A stretch of DNA of 64,000 nucleotides from an uncultured Bacteroidales bacterium (GCA_947593515.1 CANQDQ010000010.1:73-64072), one strand, 5' to 3'; counted from the first letter of the stretch, positions 18,377 through 28,104 are shown. Notes: generated by a model not told the origin, from the letters alone. Numbers and translations are program-made.

Positions 18377-21300
18377 ATGAAGTTAGACAGATTCATCAAC
18401 CGTCCGGTACTCTCGACCGTCATCTCCATTTTCATGGTCATATTGGGAGCTTTGGGATTAGTATCCATACCTATCACCCAATACCCGGACATAGCACCGC
18501 CTACCATACAGGTATCGACCACCTACACGGGTGCCAATGCCCAAACGGTGCTCAACAGTGTCATCGCACCTTTGGAAGAAGCCATCAACGGTGTGGAAAA
18601 CATGATGTACATGACTTCCTCCGCCACCAACACAGGCTCCGCCACCATCACCATATATTTCAAACAGGGCACCGACCCCGATATGGCGGCAGTCAATGTA
18701 CAAAACCGCGTTGCCAAAGCGCAAGGTCTGCTGCCGGCGGAGGTTACGCAGGTGGGTGTGATTACGCAGAAGCGACAGACGAGTATGCTGGTCGTATTCT
18801 CTCTGTACAGTACCGACGACCGTTACAACTTCGATTTTCTTGAAAACTACATGAAAATCAACGTCATTCCGCAGGTACAGCGTGTTCCGGGCGTAGGCGA
18901 TGCCAGCGTCATGGCATCGGACTACTCCATGCGCATCTGGCTCAAACCCGACGTGATGGCGCAATACGGTCTTATGCCGAGCGACATAACCGCCGTTCTG
19001 GCAGAACAAAACATCGAAGCCGCTCCGGGTCAATTCGGCGACCAAGGCAACCAGTCGTTCCAATACGTGCTTACGTATAAAGGACGTTTGCAGACTGCCG
19101 AACAGTTCGGCGACATAATTATACGCGCCAACCCCGACGGGCAGATTCTCTACCTGAAAGATGTTGCCGAAATCGAATTGGGTCGTCTGACTTACGGTTT
19201 CAAAAACTTCATGAGCGGACACAACGCTGCAACCGCTATCGTATATCAGACAGCCGGTTCCAACGCCACCGAAATCATCAAAAACATCACCGCGCTGCTC
19301 GACGATATGAGCAAAGACCTGCCGGCAGGTATGGCTTTCTCGGTATCGATGAATGCCAACGACTTCCTTTTCGCCTCTATCCATGAGGTGGCAAAAACGC
19401 TCGTCGAGGCATTCCTGCTCGTATTCCTCGTCGTCTATGTTTTCTTGCAGGATTTTCGTTCTACGCTTATTCCCGCCATTGCCATTCCGGTATCGCTCAT
19501 CGGTACGTTCTTCGTGCTGTTCCTTATCGGATTCAGTCTCAACCTGCTGACACTCTGCGCGCTCGTGCTGGCTATCGCCATTGTGGTCGATGACGCCATA
19601 GTCGTCGTCGAGGGTGTCCATGCCAAGCTCGACCAAGGCTACAAGTCGCCGCGCAAAGCGGCTATCGACGCCATGGGCGAACTCTCGGGCGCCATTCTCT
19701 CCATTACGCTGGTCATGATGTCGGTGTTCATTCCCGTGAGCTTCATGACGGGAACATCGGGAACATTCTACCGTCAATTCGGTCTGACGATGGCAATCGC
19801 CATCGGCTTCTCGGCTGTCAATGCCTTGACATTAAGTCCTGCCTTGTGCGCCGTCCTGCTGAAACCGCATAAAGACGAAAAAGAGGGCAAGCCCTCTATG
19901 ACAAAACGTTTCCAAACGGCGTTCAATGCCGCTTACGATTCGCTGCTCTCCAAATACAAAGTCGGCGTATCGCACTTCGTCAAACATAAAAAACTTTCAT
20001 TTGCAGGCGTCATCGTGGGCATCGCTGCGCTTATCGTTCTGATGAACACCACCCCGACGGGACTTATCCCCAACGAAGATACAGGTACTATCATGATTAC
20101 CATCGACTTGCAACCGGGAAGCTCGCAAGAGCGCACCGAAGCCGTCGTGCAGCAAGTCAATGAAATACTCATGTCGCACCCCGCCGTCGAAAGCACGACC
20201 GGTATCTTGGGATTCAGCCTTATCGGCGGACAAGGCAACACATATGCCTCGTTCTTCGTCCAGCTCAAACCGTGGGACGAACGTAAAGGCAAAGGCATGG
20301 ACGTCAATTCGGTCATCGGCGTCATCTACGGACGATGCGCTCTCGAAGTGAAAGACGCCCGCGTACTCTGCTTCGCGCCGCCTATGATTCCGGGTTACAG
20401 TATCAGCAACGGTTTCGAATTTAACCTGCAAGACAAGACGGGCGGCTCGCTCGACAACTTCTATCAGGTGGCACAAGATTTCCTCGCCGAACTGACGAAG
20501 CGTCCGGAAATATCTACGGCTGCAACGACGTTCAACCCGACATTCCCGCAATACCTCGTCGATGTCGATGTTGCCAAGTGCAAACGGGCAGGCATATCGC
20601 CGAGAGACGTATTGAGCGCTCTACAAGGCTACTTCGGCGGTATATACGCTTCCAACTTCAACCGGTTCGGCAAGCTCTACCGCGTCATGATACAAGCCGA
20701 CCCGCAAGCGCGCGTCAGCCCCGAAAGTCTGAACAACATCAAGATACGCAACGGCGCCGAAATGGCTCCCATCACCAACTTCATCACGCTGAAAAAGGTA
20801 TATGGTCCCGACGTCATCAAGCGTTTCAATATGTTCACCGCCATGACCGTCAATGGTAACCCCGCTGCCGGATACAGCTCGGGCGAAGCCATCAAAGCTA
20901 TCCAAGAGGTGGCAGCTTCTTCGTTGCCCGTAGGTTTCGGATACGAATTTTCGGGTATGACGCGTGAAGAGCAAAGTACGAGCAGCGGCACCACCGCTAT
21001 TATCTTCATGCTCTGCTTCGTATTCGTCTATCTGTTGTTGAGTGCGCAATACGAAAGCTACATTCTGCCTCTCGCCGTATTGCTCTCCGTACCGTTCGGT
21101 CTGGCAGGCAGCTTCATCTTCGCCTCTATCATGGACGTCGAAAACGACATCTACCTGCAAATCGCCTTGATCATGCTCATCGGTCTGTTGGCAAAGAACG
21201 CCATTCTTATCGTGGAATTTTCGCTCGACCGCCGGCGCACCGGTATGCCTATCATCAATGCCGCCATCAGCGGTGCGGCAGCCCGTCTGCGTCCTATCCT

Positions 21301-21562
21301 CATGACCTCTTTGGCAATGGTCATCGGTCTTTTGCCCATGATGTTCGCACACGGTGTCGGCGCCAACGGCAACAGCACGCTGGGTTCGGGTGCCGTAGGC
21401 GGCATGCTCATCGGTATGATATGCCAGATATTCGTCGTGCCGGCATTGTTCGTCGTATTCCAGACCATTCAGGAAAAAGTGAAACCGCTGGTATGGAACG
21501 ACCTCGACAACAAAGATATTCTTGCCGAAATCGAGCAATATACCAAATCGAAAAAACAATAA
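18377..21562 (+). CDS. RND efflux inner-membrane permease (AcrB/HAE1 family)
   Basis: 1061 aa. Canonical start MKLDRFINRPVLSTVISIFMVILG and a 12-TM architecture with two large periplasmic loops. Confidence 0.95.
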   Translation: MKLDRFINRPVLSTVISIFMVILGALGLVSIPITQYPDIAPPTIQVSTTYTGANAQTVLNSVIAPLEEAINGVENMMYMTSSATNTGSATITIYFKQGTDPDMAAVNVQNRVAKAQGLLPAEVTQVGVITQKRQTSMLVVFSLYSTDDRYNFDFLENYMKINVIPQVQRVPGVGDASVMASDYSMRIWLKPDVMAQYGLMPSDITAVLAEQNIEAAPGQFGDQGNQSFQYVLTYKGRLQTAEQFGDIIIRANPDGQILYLKDVAEIELGRLTYGFKNFMSGHNAATAIVYQTAGSNATEIIKNITALLDDMSKDLPAGMAFSVSMNANDFLFASIHEVAKTLVEAFLLVFLVVYVFLQDFRSTLIPAIAIPVSLIGTFFVLFLIGFSLNLLTLCALVLAIAIVVDDAIVVVEGVHAKLDQGYKSPRKAAIDAMGELSGAILSITLVMMSVFIPVSFMTGTSGTFYRQFGLTMAIAIGFSAVNALTLSPALCAVLLKPHKDEKEGKPSMTKRFQTAFNAAYDSLLSKYKVGVSHFVKHKKLSFAGVIVGIAALIVLMNTTPTGLIPNEDTGTIMITIDLQPGSSQERTEAVVQQVNEILMSHPAVESTTGILGFSLIGGQGNTYASFFVQLKPWDERKGKGMDVNSVIGVIYGRCALEVKDARVLCFAPPMIPGYSISNGFEFNLQDKTGGSLDNFYQVAQDFLAELTKRPEISTAATTFNPTFPQYLVDVDVAKCKRAGISPRDVLSALQGYFGGIYASNFNRFGKLYRVMIQADPQARVSPESLNNIKIRNGAEMAPITNFITLKKVYGPDVIKRFNMFTAMTVNGNPAAGYSSGEAIKAIQEVAASSLPVGFGYEFSGMTREEQSTSSGTTAIIFMLCFVFVYLLLSAQYESYILPLAVLLSVPFGLAGSFIFASIMDVENDIYLQIALIMLIGLLAKNAILIVEFSLDRRRTGMPIINAAISGAAARLRPILMTSLAMVIGLLPMMFAHGVGANGNSTLGSGAVGGMLIGMICQIFVVPALFVVFQTIQEKVKPLVWNDLDNKDILAEIEQYTKSKKQ

Positions 21563-21575
21563 AGCGAAACGCAGT

Positions 21576-22985
21576 ATGAAACGAATCATTCTATATACCG
21601 TATGCGGCATGGCCTTGGCTTCGATGCTCAACAGCTGCCACATATACCGAAAATACCAACGTCCCGACGATATAACGACGGAAGGTCTGTTCCGCGACAC
21701 GATACCCGCCGGCGAAGCGCTGCCCGACGACAGCCTCAATATCGGGGATATGGATTGGACGGAGATTTTCACCGACCCCGCGTTACAAACGCTTATCCGT
21801 GCGGGATTGGAGAAGAACAGCGACCTGCAAAGCGCGCTGTTGCAAGTCGAGGCGGTACAAGCCGATTTCAAGGCGGCACGGCTGGCATTCCTGCCGTCGT
21901 TCACCCTCGCCCCGCAGGGTGCCGTCAGCAGCTTCGACCACAAAAAGGCATCGTGGACCTATAACGTGCCCATTACCGCAAGCTGGGAAATCGACATCTT
22001 CGGCAGGCTGATGAACTCCAAACGGAACGCAAAAGCCGCCCTCGTACAGAGTAAAGCCTACGCACAAGCCGTCCGCACGCAAATCATCGCCGCCATTGCC
22101 AACGGCTACTACACACTGCTGATGCTCGACAAGCAGCTCGCCATTACCGAAGAAACCGCCCTCTTGTGGGAACAAAGCGTGCAAACCATGCGCGATATGA
22201 AAATCGGCGGCATGACCAACGAAGCCGCTATCGCCCAAAGCGAAGCCAACTGCCGCATGATTGCCGCCTCCATACCGGCGCTGCGCCGGCAGATTCGGGA
22301 AACGGAAAACAGCCTCTCGACGCTGCTCTATCAGGCTCCGCAAACCATTGCGCGCGGCTCGTTCGACGACCAGACGCTGCCCGATATGCTGCACGCCGGC
22401 GTACCGGTACAGTTGCTGGCAAACCGTCCCGACGTGCAAGCTGCCGAAATGTCGCTGGCTTCTGCCTACTATTCGACAAACATCGCCCGCTCGGCGCTCT
22501 ATCCCAATCTGGTGATTTCGGGTTCGGCAGGGTGGACGAACTCCGCCGGAAGCGCGATTATCAATCCGGGAAAACTCCTGCTCTCGGCAGCCGCCTCGCT
22601 CGTGCAGCCAATCTTCAACCACGGCAGCAACTTAGCTCGCCTCAAAGCCGCCAAAGCGCAGCAGGAAATCGCCGCTATCGGATTTCAGCAGACAATACTC
22701 AACGCCGGCAAAGAGGTGAGCGATGCGCTCTACCAATACCAGTCGTACAATGAAATACTCGCCCAGCGCCACTTGCAGGTGGCAGCCCTGCACGATGCCG
22801 TAGAGTATACCGAATCGCTGATGAAGCTCGGCACCTCGACCTACCTCGAAGTATTGACTGCCCAGCAGTCGCTGCTTAGCGCGCAGTTGTCGGAAGTGTC
22901 GGACACCTACCAGTCCATGATTGCCGTCGTAAGCCTCTACCACGCCTTGGGCGGCGGTCGTGAAATAGCGGACGAAAAAAAATGA
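21576..22985 (+). CDS. RND efflux outer-membrane factor lipoprotein (NodT family)
   Basis: Start at MKRIILYTVCGMALASMLNSC (lipobox). OEP repeats. Its start lies 11 nt beyond the pump gene stop (21562). Confidence 0.9.
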   Translation: MKRIILYTVCGMALASMLNSCHIYRKYQRPDDITTEGLFRDTIPAGEALPDDSLNIGDMDWTEIFTDPALQTLIRAGLEKNSDLQSALLQVEAVQADFKAARLAFLPSFTLAPQGAVSSFDHKKASWTYNVPITASWEIDIFGRLMNSKRNAKAALVQSKAYAQAVRTQIIAAIANGYYTLLMLDKQLAITEETALLWEQSVQTMRDMKIGGMTNEAAIAQSEANCRMIAASIPALRRQIRETENSLSTLLYQAPQTIARGSFDDQTLPDMLHAGVPVQLLANRPDVQAAEMSLASAYYSTNIARSALYPNLVISGSAGWTNSAGSAIINPGKLLLSAAASLVQPIFNHGSNLARLKAAKAQQEIAAIGFQQTILNAGKEVSDALYQYQSYNEILAQRHLQVAALHDAVEYTESLMKLGTSTYLEVLTAQQSLLSAQLSEVSDTYQSMIAVVSLYHALGGGREIADEKK

Positions 22986-23007
22986 ATTCCTTAAAAACGT
23001 ACATACT

Positions 23008-23790
23008 ATGATCAGCCCATTAGCATACGTCGATTCCAAAGCCCAAATAGGGGAAAACGTAACGATACACCCTTTCGCCTACATCGACAAAGACGTTGTT
23101 ATCGGAGATAACTGCGAAATCATGCCCTACGCCAGCGTGCTGGCAGGTACCACGATGGGAAAAAACAATCGGGTGTTTCAGGGCGCTATACTCGGCGCGG
23201 AGCCGCAGGATTTCATGTTCAAAGGCGAAGCCACCCGTTTGCAGATAGGCGACAACAACTATATCCGCGAATACGCCATTATCAATAGGGCTACTACCCC
23301 CGAAGGCGAAACCGTCATCGGAAACGGCAACTACCTGCTCAAAGGCACCCGCATCGGACACGACAGCCGCGTCGATGACTCCTGCATCTTGGGCAACGAC
23401 AGCGACATCGCCGGCAACTGCCACATACACAGCTGCGCCGTACTCGCCGGTCGTGTCATCATCAAAGACAATTGTCGGGTAGGAAGCTGGGCGCTGGTAA
23501 AAAGCGGCTGCCGCAGCGACAAGGACATTCCGCCCTACATCTTGGCAGCCCACAACCCCATCAAATATGCGGGTATCAACGCCTACATACTTCGTCAGCA
23601 CAATTTCAGCAACGAGGCCATCGAAAACATCGCCCTCGCCTACCGGCAGGTCTACTCGTCGGGCACCAGCCTCGAAAACGGTATACTCCGCATCAAAGAG
23701 GTCGTGTCGCGAAGCCCTGAGATAGATTACATTCTCTCTTTCTTGGAAAGCGCGAAAGGCATCATCGATACCTCCGGCGAAAACAACTGA
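23008..23790 (+). CDS. lpxA: Acyl-ACP--UDP-N-acetylglucosamine O-acyltransferase
   Basis: 260 aa. Hexapeptide left-handed beta-helix N-terminus (MISPLAYVDSKAQIGENVTIHPFAYI) and a helical C-terminal domain. Confidence 0.9.
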   Translation: MISPLAYVDSKAQIGENVTIHPFAYIDKDVVIGDNCEIMPYASVLAGTTMGKNNRVFQGAILGAEPQDFMFKGEATRLQIGDNNYIREYAIINRATTPEGETVIGNGNYLLKGTRIGHDSRVDDSCILGNDSDIAGNCHIHSCAVLAGRVIIKDNCRVGSWALVKSGCRSDKDIPPYILAAHNPIKYAGINAYILRQHNFSNEAIENIALAYRQVYSSGTSLENGILRIKEVVSRSPEIDYILSFLESAKGIIDTSGENN

Positions 23791-23814
23791 CAACGATTCT
23801 CCTTATATAAGATG

Positions 23815-23998
23815 TGCCCGCCCTGCCGAATCATCGGCGCGGCGGGCATGTTTATAAAAAAACGCACGGTTCGGTCGATACGATTAAACTTTTTGCGACC
23901 GGACAAGTCTAATGATAAATCAATATAAATTACCATGAAAAAATTTCTGCTATCGACCCTTTTATTGACAAGCGCCCTATGCCTGTTCGCCCAAGACC
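23815..23998 (+). repeat. Copy A of a ~190-nt duplicated module (hairpin, ECF-like promoter, signal-peptide codons)
   Basis: Aligns block by block with 25770-25962. Shared blocks are the hairpin, gtttat, ttcggtcga, ttaaac, gtctaat and atgaaaaa..tgctatcgacc. Confidence 0.75.
23884..23913 (+). promoter_or_regulatory. Candidate ECF-sigma-type promoter TTAAAC-N17-GTCTAAT
   Basis: Motif and 17-nt spacer are identical to those at 25840-25869. It lies 22 nt upstream of ATG 23935, and no TAnnTTTG box is present. Confidence 0.35.
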
Positions 23999-25734
23999 CG
24001 CGCGAACGGGTCTATAACTACGAAGTGCTACACCCGAGCCATCAGGTCAAGCCGCTTGTCGAAGGCTATGCCACAGAACGGGTTTGCGAAAAGTTGGGAC
24101 GCGGACTGACCGCCGCCCTGTCGGAAGACGGCAAAGGTATTTACCTCAGCTGGCGGCTGCTCGCCGACGACCCGCAAACCGCCGCTTTCCACCTCTACCG
24201 AAGAGTGGGCGGAAAATCCAAACGACTGACAAACAAACCGATAACGCAAACGACCGATTTCATCGACCGCAATCCCGTCAAAGGAGTTGCTGAATATCGG
24301 GTAATCCGCGCCGACAGCGACCCGAAAACCGTTAGCGAGGAATCCTCGCCGTGGGTGGCAGCCGATTTCGACAAGCTGCAAAAATCGCCCCGCTACGTTT
24401 CCTTCAAGACCGAAGGGCGCGTGGGCAAGCTCGGCATCGGCGACCTCGACGGCGACGGCATCTTCGATTTCGTCGTCCGCACCCCCGCCACGAATGTCGA
24501 CCCGGGCGTGCAGGGAATCCACTTCGACTCCATCTACACTATCTCCGCCTACCGGCACGACGGCACCCGTCTGTGGAGCTACTCGCTGGGCGAAGGCGTG
24601 GAACCGGGCGTGTGGTATTCGCCCTACGCCGTTTATGACTTCGACGGCGACGGTCGGGCAGAAGTCGCCCTGCGCATCTGTCCCGACGGCACGCGCGACT
24701 CCACTCACCACGTAATGAACGGACACGAATACCTGCTCGTACTCGACGGCGAAACAGGCAAGGAAATCGACCGCGTGCCGTGGCCCGAACGCACTTGGCG
24801 TCTGGGCGAACGCAACCGGCAGAGCCGCCACCAGATAGGCATGGCATATCTCGACGGGCGCACGCCGGCAATCCTCGCCGCTCGCGGCACCTATCGGGCG
24901 ATGTTGGTCGATGCGTGGCAGCTGCACGACGGCAAACTGACCCACCTGTGGCGCTGGGACGGCGATGAAGAAAATCCCGTGATACGCAGTCAAGGTTCGC
25001 ACAACATGGTAGTCGGCGACGTCGATGCCGACGGTCGCGATGAAATACTGTTGGGCGCCTGTATGCTCGACGACAACGGTTCGTTGCTGTGGTCGGCAGG
25101 CGTGGGGCACCCCGACAAAATCTATCTGACGGACATCGACCCCGCACGTCCGGGCATGGAAGTGCTGTTCGGCGTCGAAGTGCATCATGAAGACGGACGC
25201 GGCGTCTGCTGCGTCGATGCCTCAACGGGCGAACAGGTGTGGAACATCGGGCATAACACGTTCCACGTAGGCGACGCCATGGTGGCTGACATCGACCCGG
25301 CTCATGCCGGATTGGAGTGCTTCGCTTCGGAAGACCGCAAAGGCGGCAGCGAAGCCCGCTACCTGCTGACGGCACAAGGCGAATCCCTGACTTCGGACTC
25401 GAAGCTCATACCGCCCTGCCGCGACTGGGTATGGTGGGACGGCGACCTGCTGCGTGAAACGATGCGCCGCCGGAGCATCATCAAATGGGGCGGCGCGACG
25501 CTGACTAAGGGCATCGAAGGCATGGTACTATTGATTGGCGACATCACCGGCGACTGGCGCGAAGAAATCGTTACCGCCGTCGGCAACGAAATCCGCATCT
25601 ACTCCACCTGCATTCCTGCCGTCGACCGGCGCACGACCCTCATGCAAGACCCCATTTACCGCAGTTACATCGTCGAACGCAGTCAAGGCTATCCCCAATC
25701 GCCCGTACCTTCGTATTACTTAGGTGAACAATAA
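23935..25734 (+). CDS. Secreted FG-GAP/VCBS beta-propeller protein, rhamnogalacturonan lyase (PL11)-like
   Basis: 599 aa with a signal peptide. Repeated Ca-binding-like DxDxDG blades (GDLDGDGIFDF, YDFDGDGRAEV, GDVDADGRDEI). The C-terminus ...GYPQSPVPSYYLG resembles PL11 YesW-type enzymes. Confidence 0.55.
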   Translation: MKKFLLSTLLLTSALCLFAQDPRERVYNYEVLHPSHQVKPLVEGYATERVCEKLGRGLTAALSEDGKGIYLSWRLLADDPQTAAFHLYRRVGGKSKRLTNKPITQTTDFIDRNPVKGVAEYRVIRADSDPKTVSEESSPWVAADFDKLQKSPRYVSFKTEGRVGKLGIGDLDGDGIFDFVVRTPATNVDPGVQGIHFDSIYTISAYRHDGTRLWSYSLGEGVEPGVWYSPYAVYDFDGDGRAEVALRICPDGTRDSTHHVMNGHEYLLVLDGETGKEIDRVPWPERTWRLGERNRQSRHQIGMAYLDGRTPAILAARGTYRAMLVDAWQLHDGKLTHLWRWDGDEENPVIRSQGSHNMVVGDVDADGRDEILLGACMLDDNGSLLWSAGVGHPDKIYLTDIDPARPGMEVLFGVEVHHEDGRGVCCVDASTGEQVWNIGHNTFHVGDAMVADIDPAHAGLECFASEDRKGGSEARYLLTAQGESLTSDSKLIPPCRDWVWWDGDLLRETMRRRSIIKWGGATLTKGIEGMVLLIGDITGDWREEIVTAVGNEIRIYSTCIPAVDRRTTLMQDPIYRSYIVERSQGYPQSPVPSYYLGEQ

Positions 25735-25768
25735 ACCTTCTTAGGCAAAAATCTCTTTTAATATATCT

Positions 25769-25804
25769 GCGTCCGCCCTGCCGATTCATCGACAGGGCGG
25801 GCGC
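25769..25804 (+). terminator. Terminator-like hairpin after the beta-propeller gene
   Basis: GCGTCCGCCCTG-N12-CAGGGCGGGCGC, a 12-bp stem with one G-U pair. The T tract is weak (GTTTAT). Confidence 0.45.
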
Positions 25805-25962
25805 GTTTATCGACAAAATCCTCCTTTCGGTCGAAGCGGTTAAACCCTTTGCCAAGCCGATTGTCTAATCGATACAAACTTAAAAAACATACGATTATGA
25901 AAAAGATTTTGCTATCGACCATGCTCCTGACGAGCGCCTTGTGCCTGTCTGCCCAAAACCCG
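25770..25962 (+). repeat. Copy B of the ~190-nt duplicated module
   Basis: See copy A. The encoded signal peptides are 18/22 identical (MKKFLLSTLLLTSALCLFAQDP versus MKKILLSTMLLTSALCLSAQNP). Confidence 0.75.
25840..25869 (+). promoter_or_regulatory. Candidate ECF-sigma-type promoter TTAAAC-N17-GTCTAAT
   Basis: Same motif and spacer as 23884-23913, 28 nt upstream of ATG 25897. Confidence 0.35.
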
Positions 25963-26382
25963 CAGGGTCATCGTCCCCAACGCGGACACGAACCCCAACA
26001 CGCTACGCCCGAAATGAGAGCGCAGGCAAAAACCGACCAAATGAAAAAAACGCTCGACCTCACCGACGAGCAATACAAGGCGCTCTACGAACTCAACCTG
26101 CAAGAGGCGCAGGAACGGCAGCAATTCATGCGCACGCAGCGACAGGGCAACCGTCCGCCGCGTCCGGAGGGCGGACAAAAAGCCCGCCCGAAAAACGACC
26201 GCCCGCAAGGCGATGTTGAGACTCCCGCCCCGTTGAGCAGAGAGCAGTTACAGGAAAGCGCCCAAAAGCGCGAGCAGGAAATCCAAAAAATTCTCGGCGA
26301 AGAAAAGTACGCCCGTTGGCAAGCCGAAATGCAGAAGATGCGGGAGGCCCGTGCTTCGCGACCCGCTCCCGAACGGCAGTAA
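25897..26382 (+). CDS. Periplasmic DUF4890-like (Spy/CpxP-like) helical protein
   Basis: Start at MKKILLSTMLL. About 161 aa, rich in R/Q/E/P. The motif MKKTLDLTDEQYKALYELNLQ is typical of DUF4890 proteins. Confidence 0.6.
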   Translation: MKKILLSTMLLTSALCLSAQNPQGHRPQRGHEPQHATPEMRAQAKTDQMKKTLDLTDEQYKALYELNLQEAQERQQFMRTQRQGNRPPRPEGGQKARPKNDRPQGDVETPAPLSREQLQESAQKREQEIQKILGEEKYARWQAEMQKMREARASRPAPERQ

Positions 26383-26411
26383 CGTTTTAATCTCAAAATC
26401 TCTTTAATGAT

Positions 26412-26457
26412 GGAGGCTCAAACCCGTAACAGGTTCGAGCCTCCGTCATTTTATTTT
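26412..26457 (+). terminator. Rho-independent terminator
   Basis: GGAGGCTCAAACC-CGTAACA-GGTTCGAGCCTCC (13-bp stem, one mismatch) followed by a T-rich tract. Confidence 0.65.
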
Positions 26458-26523
26458 ATTCTCTGCTAAAATGCTATTTAATAAAAAATTTTTTCAAAGT
26501 GTTGCTATTCGATATAATATTTA

Positions 26524-26531
26524 TATCTTTG
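26524..26531 (+). promoter_or_regulatory. -7 promoter box TATCTTTG
   Basis: Exact consensus 108 nt upstream of ATG 26640. Confidence 0.35.
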
Positions 26532-26639
26532 CAGCTGTAATCTCGAAAGACTTTTACAAGTGCATGATAAACCATATCGTCCCTGCACTTTATTCAAACA
26601 ATGCCTTACATGGGACTGACAGGCAAAAATTTTTTGACA

Positions 26640-27632
26640 ATGAAAAATACTTGTTTTGTACTTCTGACAACTCTTATTCTGCTGTCCGGCTGCGGCGGGA
26701 CAAAATTATTCGGTGTAAAATTTGCTATTGCCTCCGACGATGAAGATTTATCCGTTCTTTCGCAAGTAACAAACAATGACGAACCTTGTATCGACCCTCA
26801 TGGAGGCGATAACGGAAAAAACTTATTTTTTGCTGCTCGGGAAAACAAAAAATATTACAACATATACAAAAAGGAAAATCCTTTTTCCTCCGCCATGAGT
26901 CAAATGACAAGCGGCAAAAATTTTAACTGTGAACCGGCTTACAATGCTGCCACAGATCGAATAGCGTTTCACTGTCAAAACGAAGGCAATACGACATCGG
27001 ATATTTACACGATAAAAGCCACCAAAGGGAAAGCCCAAACCCAAATTACGGAAACGTCCAATGCCTTCGAAGGAAATCCCTGCTTTTCAAAAGACGGGAA
27101 ATATATAGTATATGACAAAAGATCTTATGACATTGTAAAAACTGTTTCTCATTCAGGGATTAATTCTTCCCTTCACCTTATCGAAAAAAGCGAAATCTGG
27201 TTAAAAAATTTGGAAACAGGAGAATCAATATTGTTAGGGAACGGCTATCAACCGTCATTTTCTCCTGATGATAAAAAAATTGCATACGTGAAATTTTCTG
27301 CCGACGCACAAAGCTGCAGCATTTGGATTATGGATATAGACGGGGGCAATGCCAGTCAAATTACCGATGCAAAAAAAGGATATGCCTATTATCCGAGATG
27401 GAGTCCCGATGGCAAGCGTTTGGTTTATCAAGCGGCATCTGTCGAAAGGAAGAAAAAAGATTCAGATATTTACATTATCGACATAGACGGTAATAATCCG
27501 GTACAACTGACAAAAAACAAATCTTTCGACGGCACGCCCTATTGGACGACCGACGGCTATATTTATTTCGTCTCCGACAGAGGAAACAAAGCGGGGAATT
27601 ATCAAATCTGGCGTTTCAAAATAACGGATTAA
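26640..27632 (+). CDS. TolB-like PD40/WD40-like beta-propeller lipoprotein
   Basis: Start at MKNTCFVLLTTLILLSGC (lipobox). PD40-type repeats (PCFSKDGKYIVYD, PSFSPDDKKIAYV, YPRWSPDGKRLVYQ, TPYWTTDGYIYFVSDR). The gene is AT-rich. Confidence 0.7.
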   Translation: MKNTCFVLLTTLILLSGCGGTKLFGVKFAIASDDEDLSVLSQVTNNDEPCIDPHGGDNGKNLFFAARENKKYYNIYKKENPFSSAMSQMTSGKNFNCEPAYNAATDRIAFHCQNEGNTTSDIYTIKATKGKAQTQITETSNAFEGNPCFSKDGKYIVYDKRSYDIVKTVSHSGINSSLHLIEKSEIWLKNLETGESILLGNGYQPSFSPDDKKIAYVKFSADAQSCSIWIMDIDGGNASQITDAKKGYAYYPRWSPDGKRLVYQAASVERKKKDSDIYIIDIDGNNPVQLTKNKSFDGTPYWTTDGYIYFVSDRGNKAGNYQIWRFKITD

Positions 27633-28100
27633 TCAGTCCTCTTCATTCAGTTTTTCGCCGATGATGCGGGCGGCAGTGGCGACGTAGTCGGCACAGGGAC
27701 GGCGCCGGTAATAAGCCTCCGTGCGGTCTGCCGGCATCGGCGTGTCGGCACCGGCAGGCAATCCGAGCAATTCGTGACAGATAATGGAGCCGTTCTCCTT
27801 GCGGAAGCGGGCGGCAAGCTCCTGCACCACCGTATAGCAGCGCGTCTTCGCCGCCTTGTCCTGCGGGTCGGCGGAGGCATATTTCAGACCCGACAACATG
27901 AACGCCGCACTCACCGCGCCGCACACTTCACGCAGACGTCCCATGCCGCCACCCAGCGGTGCCGTCGCCAGCGCAGCCGTTTTAGCGTCCATACCGAACA
28001 CATCGGCGTATGCCAGAAACACCGATTGCGCACAATTGTAACCCGCCGTAAACAATTCGCGGGCGCGGGCTGCCCGACTCTCTACATCGACCTTTTCCAT
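27633..28100 (-). CDS. C_GCAxxG_C_C family protein
   Basis: 155 aa. Signature GYNCAQSVFLAY...GGGMG....CGAVSAA...C and a C-terminal Cys. Confidence 0.85.
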   Translation of the reverse strand: MEKVDVESRAARARELFTAGYNCAQSVFLAYADVFGMDAKTAALATAPLGGGMGRLREVCGAVSAAFMLSGLKYASADPQDKAAKTRCYTVVQELAARFRKENGSIICHELLGLPAGADTPMPADRTEAYYRRRPCADYVATAARIIGEKLNEED

Positions 28101-28104
28101 AGCG

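Noticed and set aside
18458-21943. 439-aa and 440-aa minus-strand ORFs inside the RND pump gene
   Set aside because: They are antisense to an unmistakable AcrB-family CDS, with compositionally biased translations.
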